IMG/VR virus record: IMGVR_UViG_3300037590_000079
Location: 1 to 64,000 of that record
Reading direction: 5' to 3' (one strand)
DNA length: 64,000 bases
Source of the DNA: a virus
Taxonomy: Duplodnaviria > Caudoviricetes
Positions 28,911 to 38,903 of this stretch are shown piece by piece (position 1 is the first letter of the stretch; the number at the start of each line of letters is the position of its first letter). The notes beneath the pieces were generated by a model that ran no database searches, had not been told where the DNA came from, and worked only from the letters and a program-made list of their open reading frames with translations. Both the position numbers and the translations under genes were made by a program.

Positions 28911-29648
28911 ATGGCAAAGCGTCGCAACGGCAAGAATGCCACGACCCGCTCGGAACGCAGAGAGTATCAAAGGGGGAATGGCTGCACGTCTACCGAATTC
29001 ACCAAGGTTCCGGTCAGGCCCAGGGTCATCACCGTCCGGCCGCTCAACGCCGCACAGAAGCGCTACGACGCGGCAATGAAATCCAGCTCCATCGTGTTCG
29101 GGATCGGCCCCGCGGGGACCGGCAAGACCTGGATGGCCGCGCAGCGGGCCGCCGAGGCGCTCGAAGAGGGACGGATCGAGCGGATCATCGTGACCAGGCC
29201 GGCCGAGACCGTCCAGGAGAATCCCGGCTTTCTCCCCGGCGACCTGATGGAGAAATACGAGCCTTTCCTGGCACCGGTCAAGGAAGCTCTGGAGGATCGC
29301 TTCGGCACCGGTCATCTCGAATACCTCATCCGGAAAGAGGTCATCAAGCCGATCCCGCTGGGTTTCATCCGCGGCCTCACGCTCAGGAACTGCTGGGTGA
29401 TCGCCGACGAGATGCAGAATGCCACCCATATTCAGACCAAGACGCTGCTGACCCGGATCGGGGAGAACGCCCGTTACCTGATCAACGGCGATCCGCGCCA
29501 GATCGACATTCCGCAGCGCAGTTCCGGACTGCTCGATGCGGTCAGGCGGCTGAGTCATCATGCCGACATCTCCGTCGTCCGCTTCGGTCGCCAGGATATC
29601 GTCCGGTCGGGGCTCTGCCAGGATATCGTGGAAGCCTACGAAGACTGA
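28911..29648 (+). CDS. phoH: PhoH-family ATPase
   Basis: GPAGTGKT, TRP, GFLPGDL, RGLT, DEMQN, GDPRQID. Confidence 0.92.
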   Translation: MAKRRNGKNATTRSERREYQRGNGCTSTEFTKVPVRPRVITVRPLNAAQKRYDAAMKSSSIVFGIGPAGTGKTWMAAQRAAEALEEGRIERIIVTRPAETVQENPGFLPGDLMEKYEPFLAPVKEALEDRFGTGHLEYLIRKEVIKPIPLGFIRGLTLRNCWVIADEMQNATHIQTKTLLTRIGENARYLINGDPRQIDIPQRSSGLLDAVRRLSHHADISVVRFGRQDIVRSGLCQDIVEAYED

Positions 29649-29716
29649 TCGCCGCTCTGCTCTGCCATTGAGATATCGCTATATCTTCAAGTGCAGCAGC
29701 AGACAGCGAGGCCATT

Positions 29717-30442
29717 GTGACAAGGACGTTCTTCAAGATGCGGTTCGACATGGACGCAGATCGAAAGCTCGATATCGAGGAGGACGTCCTTGTCCACAAG
29801 TATGTGCCCAAGCGGCTTCAGAAGATGGATCCCGAGCTGTTCTCGACCAAGTGGTTCGACTATCGGCGCATGACGCCTTTCCAGGCCACCCTATGCTACA
29901 TCGACGAGTATCGCGCCGCCTATCGCAGAACCTATCGCAAGGAGTTCGATGCCGCGCGGGCCGAGCACGTTCAGCCGATCAACGGCTCGAAGCTGACGGC
30001 CGACCTGATACGCGGTCACTCGCCCTCGAAGCGCAAGTTCAGCGCGTTCTGGCGCGGCCGGCAGGTCGCGGACGCTCTGACCATTCCCTACAATCTCTAT
30101 CTCGACTGGGCCTTCTATTACAGGATGCGCCACTGGAGCCAGGGGTTCATGCCGCAGCCGCAGCACCTCTATCACGAGTTCGACGTGGAGCGCATTCAGG
30201 AGACATGGGAGGAGCAGCAGGCGTCGATCTTCTTCCGGCCCAAGGATCCGGCCTTCCTGGTTCACAATTATCGTGGAATTTCCTACCAGAACGATTTTCA
30301 CGAATGGCTCTTCAAGCAGGCATGGCTGCGCAATCACCCTTACGAGATACTCGCCATGTTCATCGAGGAGAATTTTCTCCCGGTCGAGAAGGTCGAACAG
30401 CGGCTGGGTGACGAGTTTCACAAGGTCGAAGCGCATTTGTGA
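29717..30442 (+). CDS. phage protein preceding the helicase
   Basis: 241-aa ORF with typical codon usage; function unknown. Confidence 0.65.
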   Translation: MTRTFFKMRFDMDADRKLDIEEDVLVHKYVPKRLQKMDPELFSTKWFDYRRMTPFQATLCYIDEYRAAYRRTYRKEFDAARAEHVQPINGSKLTADLIRGHSPSKRKFSAFWRGRQVADALTIPYNLYLDWAFYYRMRHWSQGFMPQPQHLYHEFDVERIQETWEEQQASIFFRPKDPAFLVHNYRGISYQNDFHEWLFKQAWLRNHPYEILAMFIEENFLPVEKVEQRLGDEFHKVEAHL

Positions 30443-30509
30443 TTCCCAGATACGACGCGCTATAAATGCGACACAGTTTTAAGTCGGTGCTGACTTATAG
30501 GAGACCGGA

Positions 30510-31841
30510 ATGAGCGACGCGACCGAGCAGTCGGTGCAATACGAGTTCGACGAAGCCTTTCAGGAGCGCATCGCCGGAATGTTCATCCGCGACACGATGT
30601 TCGCGATGCAGACCAAGGATCTCGTCGATCCCGAATACTTCACGAGTGACGCGCTGCGCGCGGTGATCGGCGTTGCCCGAGAGCATGTCGAGGTCTACCG
30701 CTCGGCGCCCGAGATTTCGCTGATGCCGATGCTGATCAAGGATGCGATCGCCGCGAAGCGGATCAGGGCGGATACGGTGCCGGAGATCAAGAACGTCCTG
30801 CGCCGCGTCATGAAGATGCCCATGTCGAACCCGAAATTCGTCTCCGACAAGGTGTGCGAGTTCGCGCGGCACCGGGCCATCGAGAACGCGATCATGGAGT
30901 CGGTCGGTCTGCTTGAGAAGAACAAGATCGGCGACATCGAGGATCGCATCAAGAAGGCCGTGGCTGTCGGGGAAAATGACGAGGCCGAGTCCTACAGCTA
31001 CTGGGAAGAGATCGAGAACCGCACGAAGATCCGGCACGATATCAAGAATGGTAAGGCCGTTCGCAACGGGATCACGTCAGGGTATTCCGATATCGACAGC
31101 CATCTCTATCACTACGGGTGGGGCAGGGGTGAGTTGTCGTGCATGATGGGGCCGGCCAAGTCCGGCAAATCGCTGTCTCTCGGCGATTTCTGCAAGAACG
31201 CCTCGCTGGCCGGATACAACGTCCTCTACATCTCCCTCGAAGTGTCGAAGGTCATTATCGCGGATCGCATCGACGCGGCCATTTCCGACACGCTGATGCG
31301 GGAGCTGCACAACGACCCCGACGCCATCGAGTCGAGGGTCAAGAAGATGCACGCCAAGGCAGGCATCTTTGAGATGCGCGACTTTCCGTCCGGCACCATG
31401 AAGCCGTCGCAGCTCAGGCGGCTGATCGAGAGTTACCGGTCCAAGGGCATCAATTTCGATCTGATCGCCGTCGATTACGCGGATATCATGGCCCCGGAAT
31501 ATCGCAGCGACGATCTGCGGGAGTCCCTGCGCACGATCTACATCGATCTGCGCGCTCTGGCGCAGGAGTATAACGTCGCGATGCTGACGGCGACGCAGAC
31601 CAATCGCGACGGTGCGAAGGCATCCACCGCTCAGGCGACCGATGTTGGCGACGACTGGAACAAGGTGCGCACCGTTGACATCCTGATCGGCATCAACGCG
31701 ACCGAGGCCGAGAAACAGGCCGGCGAGGCAAGGCTCTACTGGGCGATCTCGCGCAACACCGAGGATGGCTTCCATATCCGGATCAAGCAGGATCGAGCCC
31801 GGATGAAGTTCATCGACGGCATCGTGGGGAAGAACAAGTGA
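30510..31841 (+). CDS. dnaB: DnaB-like (SF4) replicative helicase
   Basis: GPAKSGKS, YISLE, AVDYAD, TATQTNR. Confidence 0.9.
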   Translation: MSDATEQSVQYEFDEAFQERIAGMFIRDTMFAMQTKDLVDPEYFTSDALRAVIGVAREHVEVYRSAPEISLMPMLIKDAIAAKRIRADTVPEIKNVLRRVMKMPMSNPKFVSDKVCEFARHRAIENAIMESVGLLEKNKIGDIEDRIKKAVAVGENDEAESYSYWEEIENRTKIRHDIKNGKAVRNGITSGYSDIDSHLYHYGWGRGELSCMMGPAKSGKSLSLGDFCKNASLAGYNVLYISLEVSKVIIADRIDAAISDTLMRELHNDPDAIESRVKKMHAKAGIFEMRDFPSGTMKPSQLRRLIESYRSKGINFDLIAVDYADIMAPEYRSDDLRESLRTIYIDLRALAQEYNVAMLTATQTNRDGAKASTAQATDVGDDWNKVRTVDILIGINATEAEKQAGEARLYWAISRNTEDGFHIRIKQDRARMKFIDGIVGKNK

Positions 31842-32203
31842 GGGTGCTCGTGACCGGCGGGCGGCAGTTTCGGGACAGGTCATACCTGTTCGGGGCGCTG
31901 AGCGTCGTTCACAAGGCGAAGGGTATCGACTGCATCATTCATGGTGACGCCGTCGGTGCGGACGAAATGGCCGGAGAATGGGCGGTTGCGCACGGTATCG
32001 CCGTGATTGTGGAGCCCATCACGGCGCGGGACTGGGATATCTACGGCGGCCGTGCCGGGAACGTCCGGAACCAGCGAATGCTCGATCTCGGAAAGCCCGA
32101 TCTCGTCGTCGCGTTTCCTGGGCGTTCCGGCACGTTCGACATGGTCTCGCGCGCCAGGGAAAATCAGATTCCGGTTATCAGGTGCTGGAGGGGAAAAAGG
32201 TGA
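31838..32203 (+). CDS. SLOG-family (DUF2493/YspA-like) protein
   Basis: VLVTGGR, IIHGDAVGAD, AGNVRNQRML, VAFPGRSGT. Confidence 0.85.
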   Translation: MRVLVTGGRQFRDRSYLFGALSVVHKAKGIDCIIHGDAVGADEMAGEWAVAHGIAVIVEPITARDWDIYGGRAGNVRNQRMLDLGKPDLVVAFPGRSGTFDMVSRARENQIPVIRCWRGKR

Positions 32204-32208
32204 GCATC

Positions 32209-33291
32209 ATGAACCTCGACGATATCATCCGCGAGCTGGATTTCGAGTTCTTTCTGGAGCGCGAAAGCATCCCCTTCAAGTCGTCGCACGGCGTGTCGGG
32301 CTTGCAGTTCAACATCAAGACCTGTCCCAATCCCGCTTGCGGCGATACCCGCTGGCGGACCTATTTCGGGAACGATACCGGTGCCGGAAACTGCTTCGTC
32401 TGCGACAAGGGCTTCAACAAGCTGTCGTTCATCCACATGTATCTGGGCAGCCTGCAATGGCGCGACACGATCGCCTTTGCCAAGGACATTCTGCGTGATC
32501 AGGGCTGGAGGCCGCGGCGCGAGGCCGTTGTCGCGACGACCGAGCACAATGTCGTTCTGCCGATCTCGCGGTCGATCCCGCTGGAAGACGGCTCGAATCT
32601 CGCCTATCTCGAAAACCGTGGCTTCACGACCGATATCGCCCGCTACTTCTCTCTCATGTGGTGCGAATTCGGATGGTGGAAGTATCACAGGGACGGCCGG
32701 GAGAAGATCCAGGATTTCTCGGGTCGCGTGATCGTTCCGGTATACGATCTCGACGGAGATCTGAAAACATTCCAGGGTCGCGACATCACAGGTGGAAGTG
32801 ATCGCAAATACCTGTTTCCGGCCAGTCTGCCCGGAACCGGAAAATTCCTTCTGAACGCGCACAATTTCACCGCGACGGACAGTATCGTGATGGGCGAGGG
32901 GGTTTTCGACGTCGCCGCGATCAAGATGGCGCTCGACGAGGATCCCGATCTGCGCAGGGTCGTTCCGGTGGGCTCGTTCGGCAAGCATCTCTCTTACGGC
33001 TCGATGGAAGGGGACGACCAGCTCGGCCGGTTCAATATTCTGAAATCGCGTGGCCTGAAATTCGTGACGATCATGTGGGACGGCGGGGCGAAGGAGATCG
33101 TGTCCGCGCTGAACGCGGCGAAGCTGATCAACAATATCGGCCTGACCGCGCGCCTGGCCTGTCTGCCGAAAGGGAAAGATCCCAACGAGGTCACGCCCGA
33201 TATCGTGCGCAGAGCCTATTACGAGGCGAGCGTGTGGACGCCGGCGCTAGATGTGCGGTGGCGCTTGAGAAATCCCTACGGGAAAGCGTGA
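32209..33291 (+). CDS. DNA primase (Zn finger plus TOPRIM)
   Basis: CPNPAC...CFVC, FQGR, EGVFD, MWDGG, KDPNE. Confidence 0.85.
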   Translation: MNLDDIIRELDFEFFLERESIPFKSSHGVSGLQFNIKTCPNPACGDTRWRTYFGNDTGAGNCFVCDKGFNKLSFIHMYLGSLQWRDTIAFAKDILRDQGWRPRREAVVATTEHNVVLPISRSIPLEDGSNLAYLENRGFTTDIARYFSLMWCEFGWWKYHRDGREKIQDFSGRVIVPVYDLDGDLKTFQGRDITGGSDRKYLFPASLPGTGKFLLNAHNFTATDSIVMGEGVFDVAAIKMALDEDPDLRRVVPVGSFGKHLSYGSMEGDDQLGRFNILKSRGLKFVTIMWDGGAKEIVSALNAAKLINNIGLTARLACLPKGKDPNEVTPDIVRRAYYEASVWTPALDVRWRLRNPYGKA

Positions 33292-33303
33292 TCCCGCGAC
33301 ACG

Positions 33304-33350
33304 CCGCGATCATTCCGTCGCGCTGTCTGCTATAAGTAACTTATGACTAA
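33304..33350 (+). promoter_or_regulatory. TCTGCTATAA promoter element plus operator
   Basis: 28/32 identity to 53108-53139; operator TAAGTAACTTATGACTAA at 33333-33350. Confidence 0.65.
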
Positions 33351-33369
33351 AGTTCGTTGAGGGAGCGAC

Positions 33370-33915
33370 ATGAGTGATCCGTATCCGATGGAGATCTGGG
33401 GCGTTTCTCTGGAGCACGAAAAGGGCACGAAAGCGTATGATATCAAGGTCGTTTCGTCCTCCGCGGGGCCTGCCATCGTAATCTTTCGGTGGGGAAAGGT
33501 CGGTGTGCGCGGTGACATTCTCGTCAAGCGCTTCGACACCTATACCGAGGCGAAAAGCGCGGCCGAGGCCAAGAAAAGGGAGAAAAAGACCAGGGGATAC
33601 GATCAGACCTCCATTTCGGAAGCAAAAGTGGTGAATGGAAGATTTTCTCTGGTCCAGGCCATCGGCCGTCCCACACTGGCCAAGCTCGATCCTGATGACA
33701 TCACGCATATCGATCCCGATTTCGACACAAAGGGCATGCGCAGGCGCGAGCCGCCTCGGCTCGACGAGGACGGTCGGCTGAATCAGCGCGCCCTGCGCGA
33801 TAAGGAGCTGCGCGAGAAAGAGGAGCTGCGAAAGTTCCGCGAGGAACAGCGCAGGAAAGAGGAGGATGAAGCCGAATCCTTCTACAGGAACAACCCGCTA
33901 TACGGAGCATTCTGA
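33370..33915 (+). CDS. WGR-domain protein with C-terminal YRNNPLYGAF tag
   Basis: KAYDI...FRWGKVG...EKKTRGY. Confidence 0.7.
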   Translation: MSDPYPMEIWGVSLEHEKGTKAYDIKVVSSSAGPAIVIFRWGKVGVRGDILVKRFDTYTEAKSAAEAKKREKKTRGYDQTSISEAKVVNGRFSLVQAIGRPTLAKLDPDDITHIDPDFDTKGMRRREPPRLDEDGRLNQRALRDKELREKEELRKFREEQRRKEEDEAESFYRNNPLYGAF

Positions 33916-34439
33916 TGAGCCACTACCAGACGCTTTTCCCCGAAAACCAGCTCAGGATCATCTGCCCGATCTTCAATGCCGAAACGAAGTTCTCGGATTG
34001 CGTGAGGCTGCGCCACAAGGTCTGGCGGGGCGAGCGGCCGGCCGTGCGGCAGGGCTGCCAGGCGTGCATGTCGGCCGGGAAATGCCCGGTTGCCGTGATC
34101 GTTCAGCGCATGGCGATGGCACCGCTTTCCGCACCGATGCCCGACGATTATCACGCGAGCGAACCCCGGCGCGGCAAGCTGAAAGCGGATGTTCTCGAAC
34201 GCATCGCACCGGTGATCGTCACCGAACGCGTGATGGCGCGCTACTCGCTTTCCGACACCGAAATCTCGGCAATCACGTCGGCGAATGCGCGCATCAGCAA
34301 GCAGGCCGGCTCCGCACCCGAGCCCACGTCTTCCTCGCCTTCGCCGCGCAAGAAGCCCGCCAGGAAGCGCGCGCCCGACAATGCCGTCAACCAGGCTGCC
34401 GCGTCCGGCGACATGTCGGCCGCTCTGAACAAGGACTGA
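33915..34439 (+). CDS. Cys-rich (possibly Zn-binding) protein with C-terminal AAASGDMSAALNK tag
   Basis: CPIF...C...CQAC...KCP; translationally coupled. Confidence 0.65.
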   Translation: MSHYQTLFPENQLRIICPIFNAETKFSDCVRLRHKVWRGERPAVRQGCQACMSAGKCPVAVIVQRMAMAPLSAPMPDDYHASEPRRGKLKADVLERIAPVIVTERVMARYSLSDTEISAITSANARISKQAGSAPEPTSSSPSPRKKPARKRAPDNAVNQAAASGDMSAALNKD

Positions 34440-34442
34440 CCC

Positions 34443-35900
34443 ATGAACGAATATCTCAAGATCCGCGAAATCGAGAGTGTCAACGGGCGCAACGCGAAGG
34501 AAGATCTGCTGCGGGAGCTTCTCGCGCTCAAATACGGTCCCTGGATCATCAAGCACGCCTATGATCCGTTCATCACATACGGCATCACTCCGCCGCATCC
34601 CGACAGTATCGAGCAGGGCGATCTGCAAATGAGTTTTCGCCCCGAGCTGGCGCAGGGCCTTCTGGACAATCTGAGGACGCGGAAGCTGACGGGCAGGGCC
34701 GCCGAAAAGGAAGTCCATGATGTCATGAAGGCGTTCGAGCGCGACGGGCGCGATCTGCTCTACCGGATCCTGTCGAAGGATTTGAAATGCGGTATCGGCA
34801 CCACGACGATCGGCAATGTGGCGCCCGAACTGCTTCCGTCCTTCGCCGTGATGCGCGCGCAGCCCTACGAGGAGCGGCACGTCAAGCGCTGGCCGGTCAA
34901 GGTCGAATACAAGCTCGACGGCCAGCGAAATACGTTCCTGTGCCGCAACGGCGAGGGCTCGTTCTTCACCCGCTCGGGCAAGCCCGTTCCGGCGCTCGAT
35001 TTCTTCGTGCCGACGCTGATCGATCTGGCGAAGCGCGCGCCGGGCCTGGATCCTGACCTGGCGCATGTTCTGTGGAACGACGAGAACGAGCCCGATTTCA
35101 TGCTCGATGGCGAGGCGATGATGGGTCTTTTTGCCGAGACAGGTGCTCTTCGGCGCAAGAACGCAAGCGCGGAAAATGCCGAACTGCACCTTTACGACAT
35201 CATGCCTTTCGAGGATTTCGATGCGCCGAAGATAAAGACCCCGCTCCATCTTCGGCGGGCGGCGCTTGAGAGGTTCGTTCGTATCGCGAAGAAGCTCCTG
35301 CACGATACCGACAGGTCTGAAATGATCCAGATCGTGCCGCAGTATTTCGCCAATAGCCACGAGGAGATCGACCGGCTGTTCCGGCGCTCGCAGGTCAAGA
35401 CCCTCGCATCCTATCTGGCACGCGGTGACGCGGCGCGCGAGCGCGATCTGCTCAAGACCACGCTGGACAAGGTCACTGGCAAGCCGAAGGTGCTCGAAGG
35501 CGTCATGATCAAGGATCCGGATGCACCCTACGAGAAGAAGAAATCGCGCGCCTGGATGAAACTCAAGGCCGAGGAAACCGAGGATCTTGAGATCGTTGAT
35601 GCCGAACCGGGCGCGGTCGGCACGAAATACGAGGACTGCCTCGGCGCGCTGGTCGTGGATCGTGCCGGCGTGCGCGTGAAGGTCGGTGGCGGGTTCTCCG
35701 ACGAGGAGCGCGTCCAGCTTTGGAAGGACTATCAGCACGACACGGCAAAATCCGCCGCGATAGAGCCGCTCTTGCTCGGGCGTCTGGTCGAGGTCGAGTT
35801 TCACGAGGTCACGCCCGATGGCTCGCTGCGTCATCCGCGCTTCGTGCGGTTTCGCGACGACAAGCAGGGCGAAATTGAAAGCAAGGAGGATGCGGCATGA
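34443..35900 (+). CDS. ATP-dependent DNA ligase
   Basis: EYKLDGQR, LDGE, EGVMIK, WMKLK, SLRHPRF. Confidence 0.93.
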   Translation: MNEYLKIREIESVNGRNAKEDLLRELLALKYGPWIIKHAYDPFITYGITPPHPDSIEQGDLQMSFRPELAQGLLDNLRTRKLTGRAAEKEVHDVMKAFERDGRDLLYRILSKDLKCGIGTTTIGNVAPELLPSFAVMRAQPYEERHVKRWPVKVEYKLDGQRNTFLCRNGEGSFFTRSGKPVPALDFFVPTLIDLAKRAPGLDPDLAHVLWNDENEPDFMLDGEAMMGLFAETGALRRKNASAENAELHLYDIMPFEDFDAPKIKTPLHLRRAALERFVRIAKKLLHDTDRSEMIQIVPQYFANSHEEIDRLFRRSQVKTLASYLARGDAARERDLLKTTLDKVTGKPKVLEGVMIKDPDAPYEKKKSRAWMKLKAEETEDLEIVDAEPGAVGTKYEDCLGALVVDRAGVRVKVGGGFSDEERVQLWKDYQHDTAKSAAIEPLLLGRLVEVEFHEVTPDGSLRHPRFVRFRDDKQGEIESKEDAA

Positions 35901-37249
35901 GTTTCACCGGCAAGGATCTGATCGAGATGGGCTTCGAGCCCGGTCCCTGGTTCAAGGATGCGATCCAGGCGGGCAGCGACATGCGCGCACGCGGCGCAAG
36001 CGACGAGGAGATTGCACGGGTGCTCGCCAAGTATCGGCCGCCCGAGAAGATCGCGATGCGCGACAAGGAGACGATCGGCACCTATCGCACCTTTTTGCCG
36101 AGGCCGGTCAACGAGACCGAGCTTCGGAACGAGGAAGCGGTCCACAAGGCGATGGACGAGATCATGCGTGTGCCGACCGTCGAAGCCGCGGTCGTCATGC
36201 CCGACGCGTGCCCGGCCGGAACCATTCCTGTCGGCGGTGTCGTTGCGACCAGGGACACGATCCATCCGGGCTATCACAGCGCGGACGTGTGCTGCTCGAT
36301 GGCGGTCAGCGTGTTCGGGGGCGGTGTCGATCCGAAGCGCGCGCTCGACATCATCGAGGTCTTGACGCATTTCGGCCCGACGAAGCGCTCGGCGCGTCCC
36401 GTCGAGGTTGATCCCGATCTGATCGACTCGATGGAGGACAATGTCTTTCTCAGCGGACTTGAGACCGTCGCGGTTGAGCATTTCTCCACGCAGGGCGACG
36501 GCAATCACTTCTACTATGTCGGGCACCTGGAGAACTCGGGCCATCTGGCTGTTGTCAGTCACCACGGCAGCCGCGGGCTCGGTGCCAGGCTCTACAAGCG
36601 CGGCATGCAGGCGGCGCAGCGCGAGACGGCGAAGATCGCGCGCGGCGTGCCCAAGGGGCACGCCTGGCTCAACATCAATACCGATCTGGGCGATCAGTAT
36701 TGGGAGGCGCTTCGGATTGTCCGGGAATGGACGCGACAGAACCACTTCGCCGTTCATGACGCCCTGCGCAGCCTGCTCGGCGTGACACTGCTGGATCGCT
36801 TCTGGAATCCGCACAATTTCGTGTTCCGTCGGAACGGTCTGTTCATGCACGCCAAGGGGGCCACGCCGTCCTACACCGGGCACAGTCGCGACGACGACGG
36901 TCGCACGCTCATCCCGATGAACATGGCCGAGCCGATCCTCGTCACCCGGCACGCCGAGAACGACGCGGCGCTCGGCTTCGCACCGCACGGGGCAGGGCGC
37001 AACATGAGCCGCACGCAGTTCCTGCGCGAGAACATCCCCGAGACGCCGGAGCATATCGACACGCGCTTCGCCTGCGGCATTCCCGACCCTTCGGAGTTGC
37101 CGGCCGCCTACAAGAGCGCGCACACGATCACCAATGCCATCAAGCAGCACGACCTCGCGATCATCGAGGACAGGATTCTGCCCTACGGCTCGATCATGGC
37201 CGGTGACTGGGAGCGCGACGCACCGTGGAAGAAAAGGAGACAGGAATGA
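35897..37249 (+). CDS. rtcB: RtcB-family RNA ligase
   Basis: MPDAC, ADVCCS, GDGNHF, HHGSRG, HAKGAT, HGAGR, ELPAAYK. Confidence 0.9.
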   Translation: MSFTGKDLIEMGFEPGPWFKDAIQAGSDMRARGASDEEIARVLAKYRPPEKIAMRDKETIGTYRTFLPRPVNETELRNEEAVHKAMDEIMRVPTVEAAVVMPDACPAGTIPVGGVVATRDTIHPGYHSADVCCSMAVSVFGGGVDPKRALDIIEVLTHFGPTKRSARPVEVDPDLIDSMEDNVFLSGLETVAVEHFSTQGDGNHFYYVGHLENSGHLAVVSHHGSRGLGARLYKRGMQAAQRETAKIARGVPKGHAWLNINTDLGDQYWEALRIVREWTRQNHFAVHDALRSLLGVTLLDRFWNPHNFVFRRNGLFMHAKGATPSYTGHSRDDDGRTLIPMNMAEPILVTRHAENDAALGFAPHGAGRNMSRTQFLRENIPETPEHIDTRFACGIPDPSELPAAYKSAHTITNAIKQHDLAIIEDRILPYGSIMAGDWERDAPWKKRRQE

Positions 37250-37518
37250 CTTTCGAGGAATGGCAGGGTAGATACGATCCGATCAAAAACATGATCGCCG
37301 ACGGGGAAAGCGCTTTCGACGGCGTCATGTTCGAGACCTTCGGCCCCGAGGTCGATTTCGTCCGGGCGCATCGCGACTCCCGCGTCTGGACGCTCGTCGA
37401 GACCGAGAATGGCAACGCGATCATCAATGGCTTTCACTACGTCAACCGGATCGGGTATTTCGTCACCCGCAACCCCTACATCGAGACGGCCCCGGTCGAG
37501 GTCGTCCTGGCCGACTGA
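37246..37518 (+). CDS. hypothetical protein
   Basis: ATGA-coupled to rtcB; its 3' end overlaps the 3' end of repC. Confidence 0.6.
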   Translation: MTFEEWQGRYDPIKNMIADGESAFDGVMFETFGPEVDFVRAHRDSRVWTLVETENGNAIINGFHYVNRIGYFVTRNPYIETAPVEVVLAD

Positions 37519-38588
37519 TGCCTTCGGCGCATCTCGGTGTCGATCTCGATCTTCCTCTCCGCGGCCATGCGCGTCATGGCCCGGAGATATCCGCCGAAAT
37601 TCCTGATCTGCTGTGCGCCCGGACTGGGGCGTGTCTGCATCTGCACCAGGTGATAGATCATCTTGGCCGCGCCTAGGTCGCCTAGCACGCCGCGCGCTTC
37701 CATCCAGCCGTCGCGACTGACCCCGAGGATGCCTCGGCACCGGCTTGCAAGGGCGAACACCTCGTCGTCGTTCTCCGGCCGGCCGATGATCTGCACGGCG
37801 TCCGGGCATGTCTCGCGCACCAGATCGGCCCCGGCGCATGTTCTGCGCCTGTTACAAGGATTCTCGGGGATATTGGTGTTGGTGTCTTTGTGGCGGCAAA
37901 TGTTGCCGCCAGTGGCGGATAACAGCACGGCCTCGATATCGGCGCGCAGTTCGGCCCAGGCACGCAGCGTCTCGTGCGGGATGACTTTCACGGAGCGTCG
38001 CGGGAGACGCTCAGCGAGCGCCTGGGTGCGCCTTTCGAGTTCTGACGTGTCGATGCTCGGGTGATCGCGCAGGAGCGCTCTCAGAGCTTCCTGTGCGCTC
38101 CTGCGGTGTATGGTGATGGTGTCCAGCGCCTCCTTGCGCTCGCGCTCCTGCGCCTGTCGCTGCGCGACGACCTCTTTGAACTCCGACATCCTGCTCAGAA
38201 GGGGCGTCAGGTCGAAACCGTAGGCGTCGGTGACGCGGCCCTGCCTGTCGCGCCGCGCAAATCGCTTGCCGTTCGGTGAGTCCCGCATGGTGATCAGCCC
38301 GAGCCCGACCAGCCGGCCGATCGCGTGCCGGATCGTTCGCTCGGCGATACCGGTGCGGCTTTGCAGCCAGTCGTTCGACGGCCAGACCAGGATCCTGTCC
38401 CGTATCGGCTCGCCGCCATAGGCCGCGCAGAGCTGGTCGAGCAGAAACCGGCAGCTCGCGGGCAGGTCGAGGGCGCGCGCGGCCATGCGTGCCGTCTCGA
38501 ACAGGTCGGATTTCTCACTGTGATGGGGAGTGGTTGTCGAATCTGCGACGGGCGACGCCTTGCGCCATCCGCTGTGTTGAACCTGCAT
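37476..38588 (-). CDS. repC: plasmid replication initiator RepC (repABC family), solitary
   Basis: SGWRK N-terminus, VWPSN, RDSPNGKRFARR, YGFDLTPL, GGYLRAM; AGAGG RBS before the ATG at 38588. Confidence 0.92.
   Translation of the reverse strand: MQVQHSGWRKASPVADSTTTPHHSEKSDLFETARMAARALDLPASCRFLLDQLCAAYGGEPIRDRILVWPSNDWLQSRTGIAERTIRHAIGRLVGLGLITMRDSPNGKRFARRDRQGRVTDAYGFDLTPLLSRMSEFKEVVAQRQAQERERKEALDTITIHRRSAQEALRALLRDHPSIDTSELERRTQALAERLPRRSVKVIPHETLRAWAELRADIEAVLLSATGGNICRHKDTNTNIPENPCNRRRTCAGADLVRETCPDAVQIIGRPENDDEVFALASRCRGILGVSRDGWMEARGVLGDLGAAKMIYHLVQMQTRPSPGAQQIRNFGGYLRAMTRMAAERKIEIDTEMRRRHQSARTTSTGAVSM
37850..37925. other. putative RepC origin inside repC
   Basis: AT-richer patch with a GANTC site and palindrome TGGCGGCAA-ATG-TTGCCGCCA (37891-37911); repABC origins lie within repC. 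Confidence 0.45.
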
Positions 38589-38671
38589 GATGTGCCTCTT
38601 TGGACAAAGTTTTTCCGTCCCCTTCGAGAGAAGAGGTTGACTTTCCGCAGGTGATTCGAGATAACCGTCTG

Positions 38672-38750
38672 TGACATTTGTTGGTTTTCTCGGACCACAC
38701 GCTCTAGGAAGGAACCTCAAGGCTGCAACCTTGGGGTTCTTTCACTTTCT
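38672..38750 (+). ncRNA. counter-transcribed antisense RNA (ctRNA) controlling repC
   Basis: TTGACT(38637)-N17-GATAAC promoter antisense to the repC leader; terminator GAACCTCAAGG-CTGCAA-CCTTGGGGTTC-TTTCACTTTCT. Confidence 0.7.
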
Positions 38751-38903
38751 GGCTCATCGTCGTGTCATGCGAATCTCCTTTTTCTTGTGGTGTGAGTCAT
38801 AGTGATGCCCTATATGCGCCTAGAAAGAAAGAGTATGGTGGGATGTGAGAGGTGTAACCACTAGGGATGGTTTATGTAAAGGGTTACTTACTTGTTGGTC
38901 GCA

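Noticed and set aside
29650-29710. Imperfect long hairpin after phoH as an ncRNA
   Set aside because: Many bulges, single copy and no family resemblance; cannot be supported beyond a possible terminator
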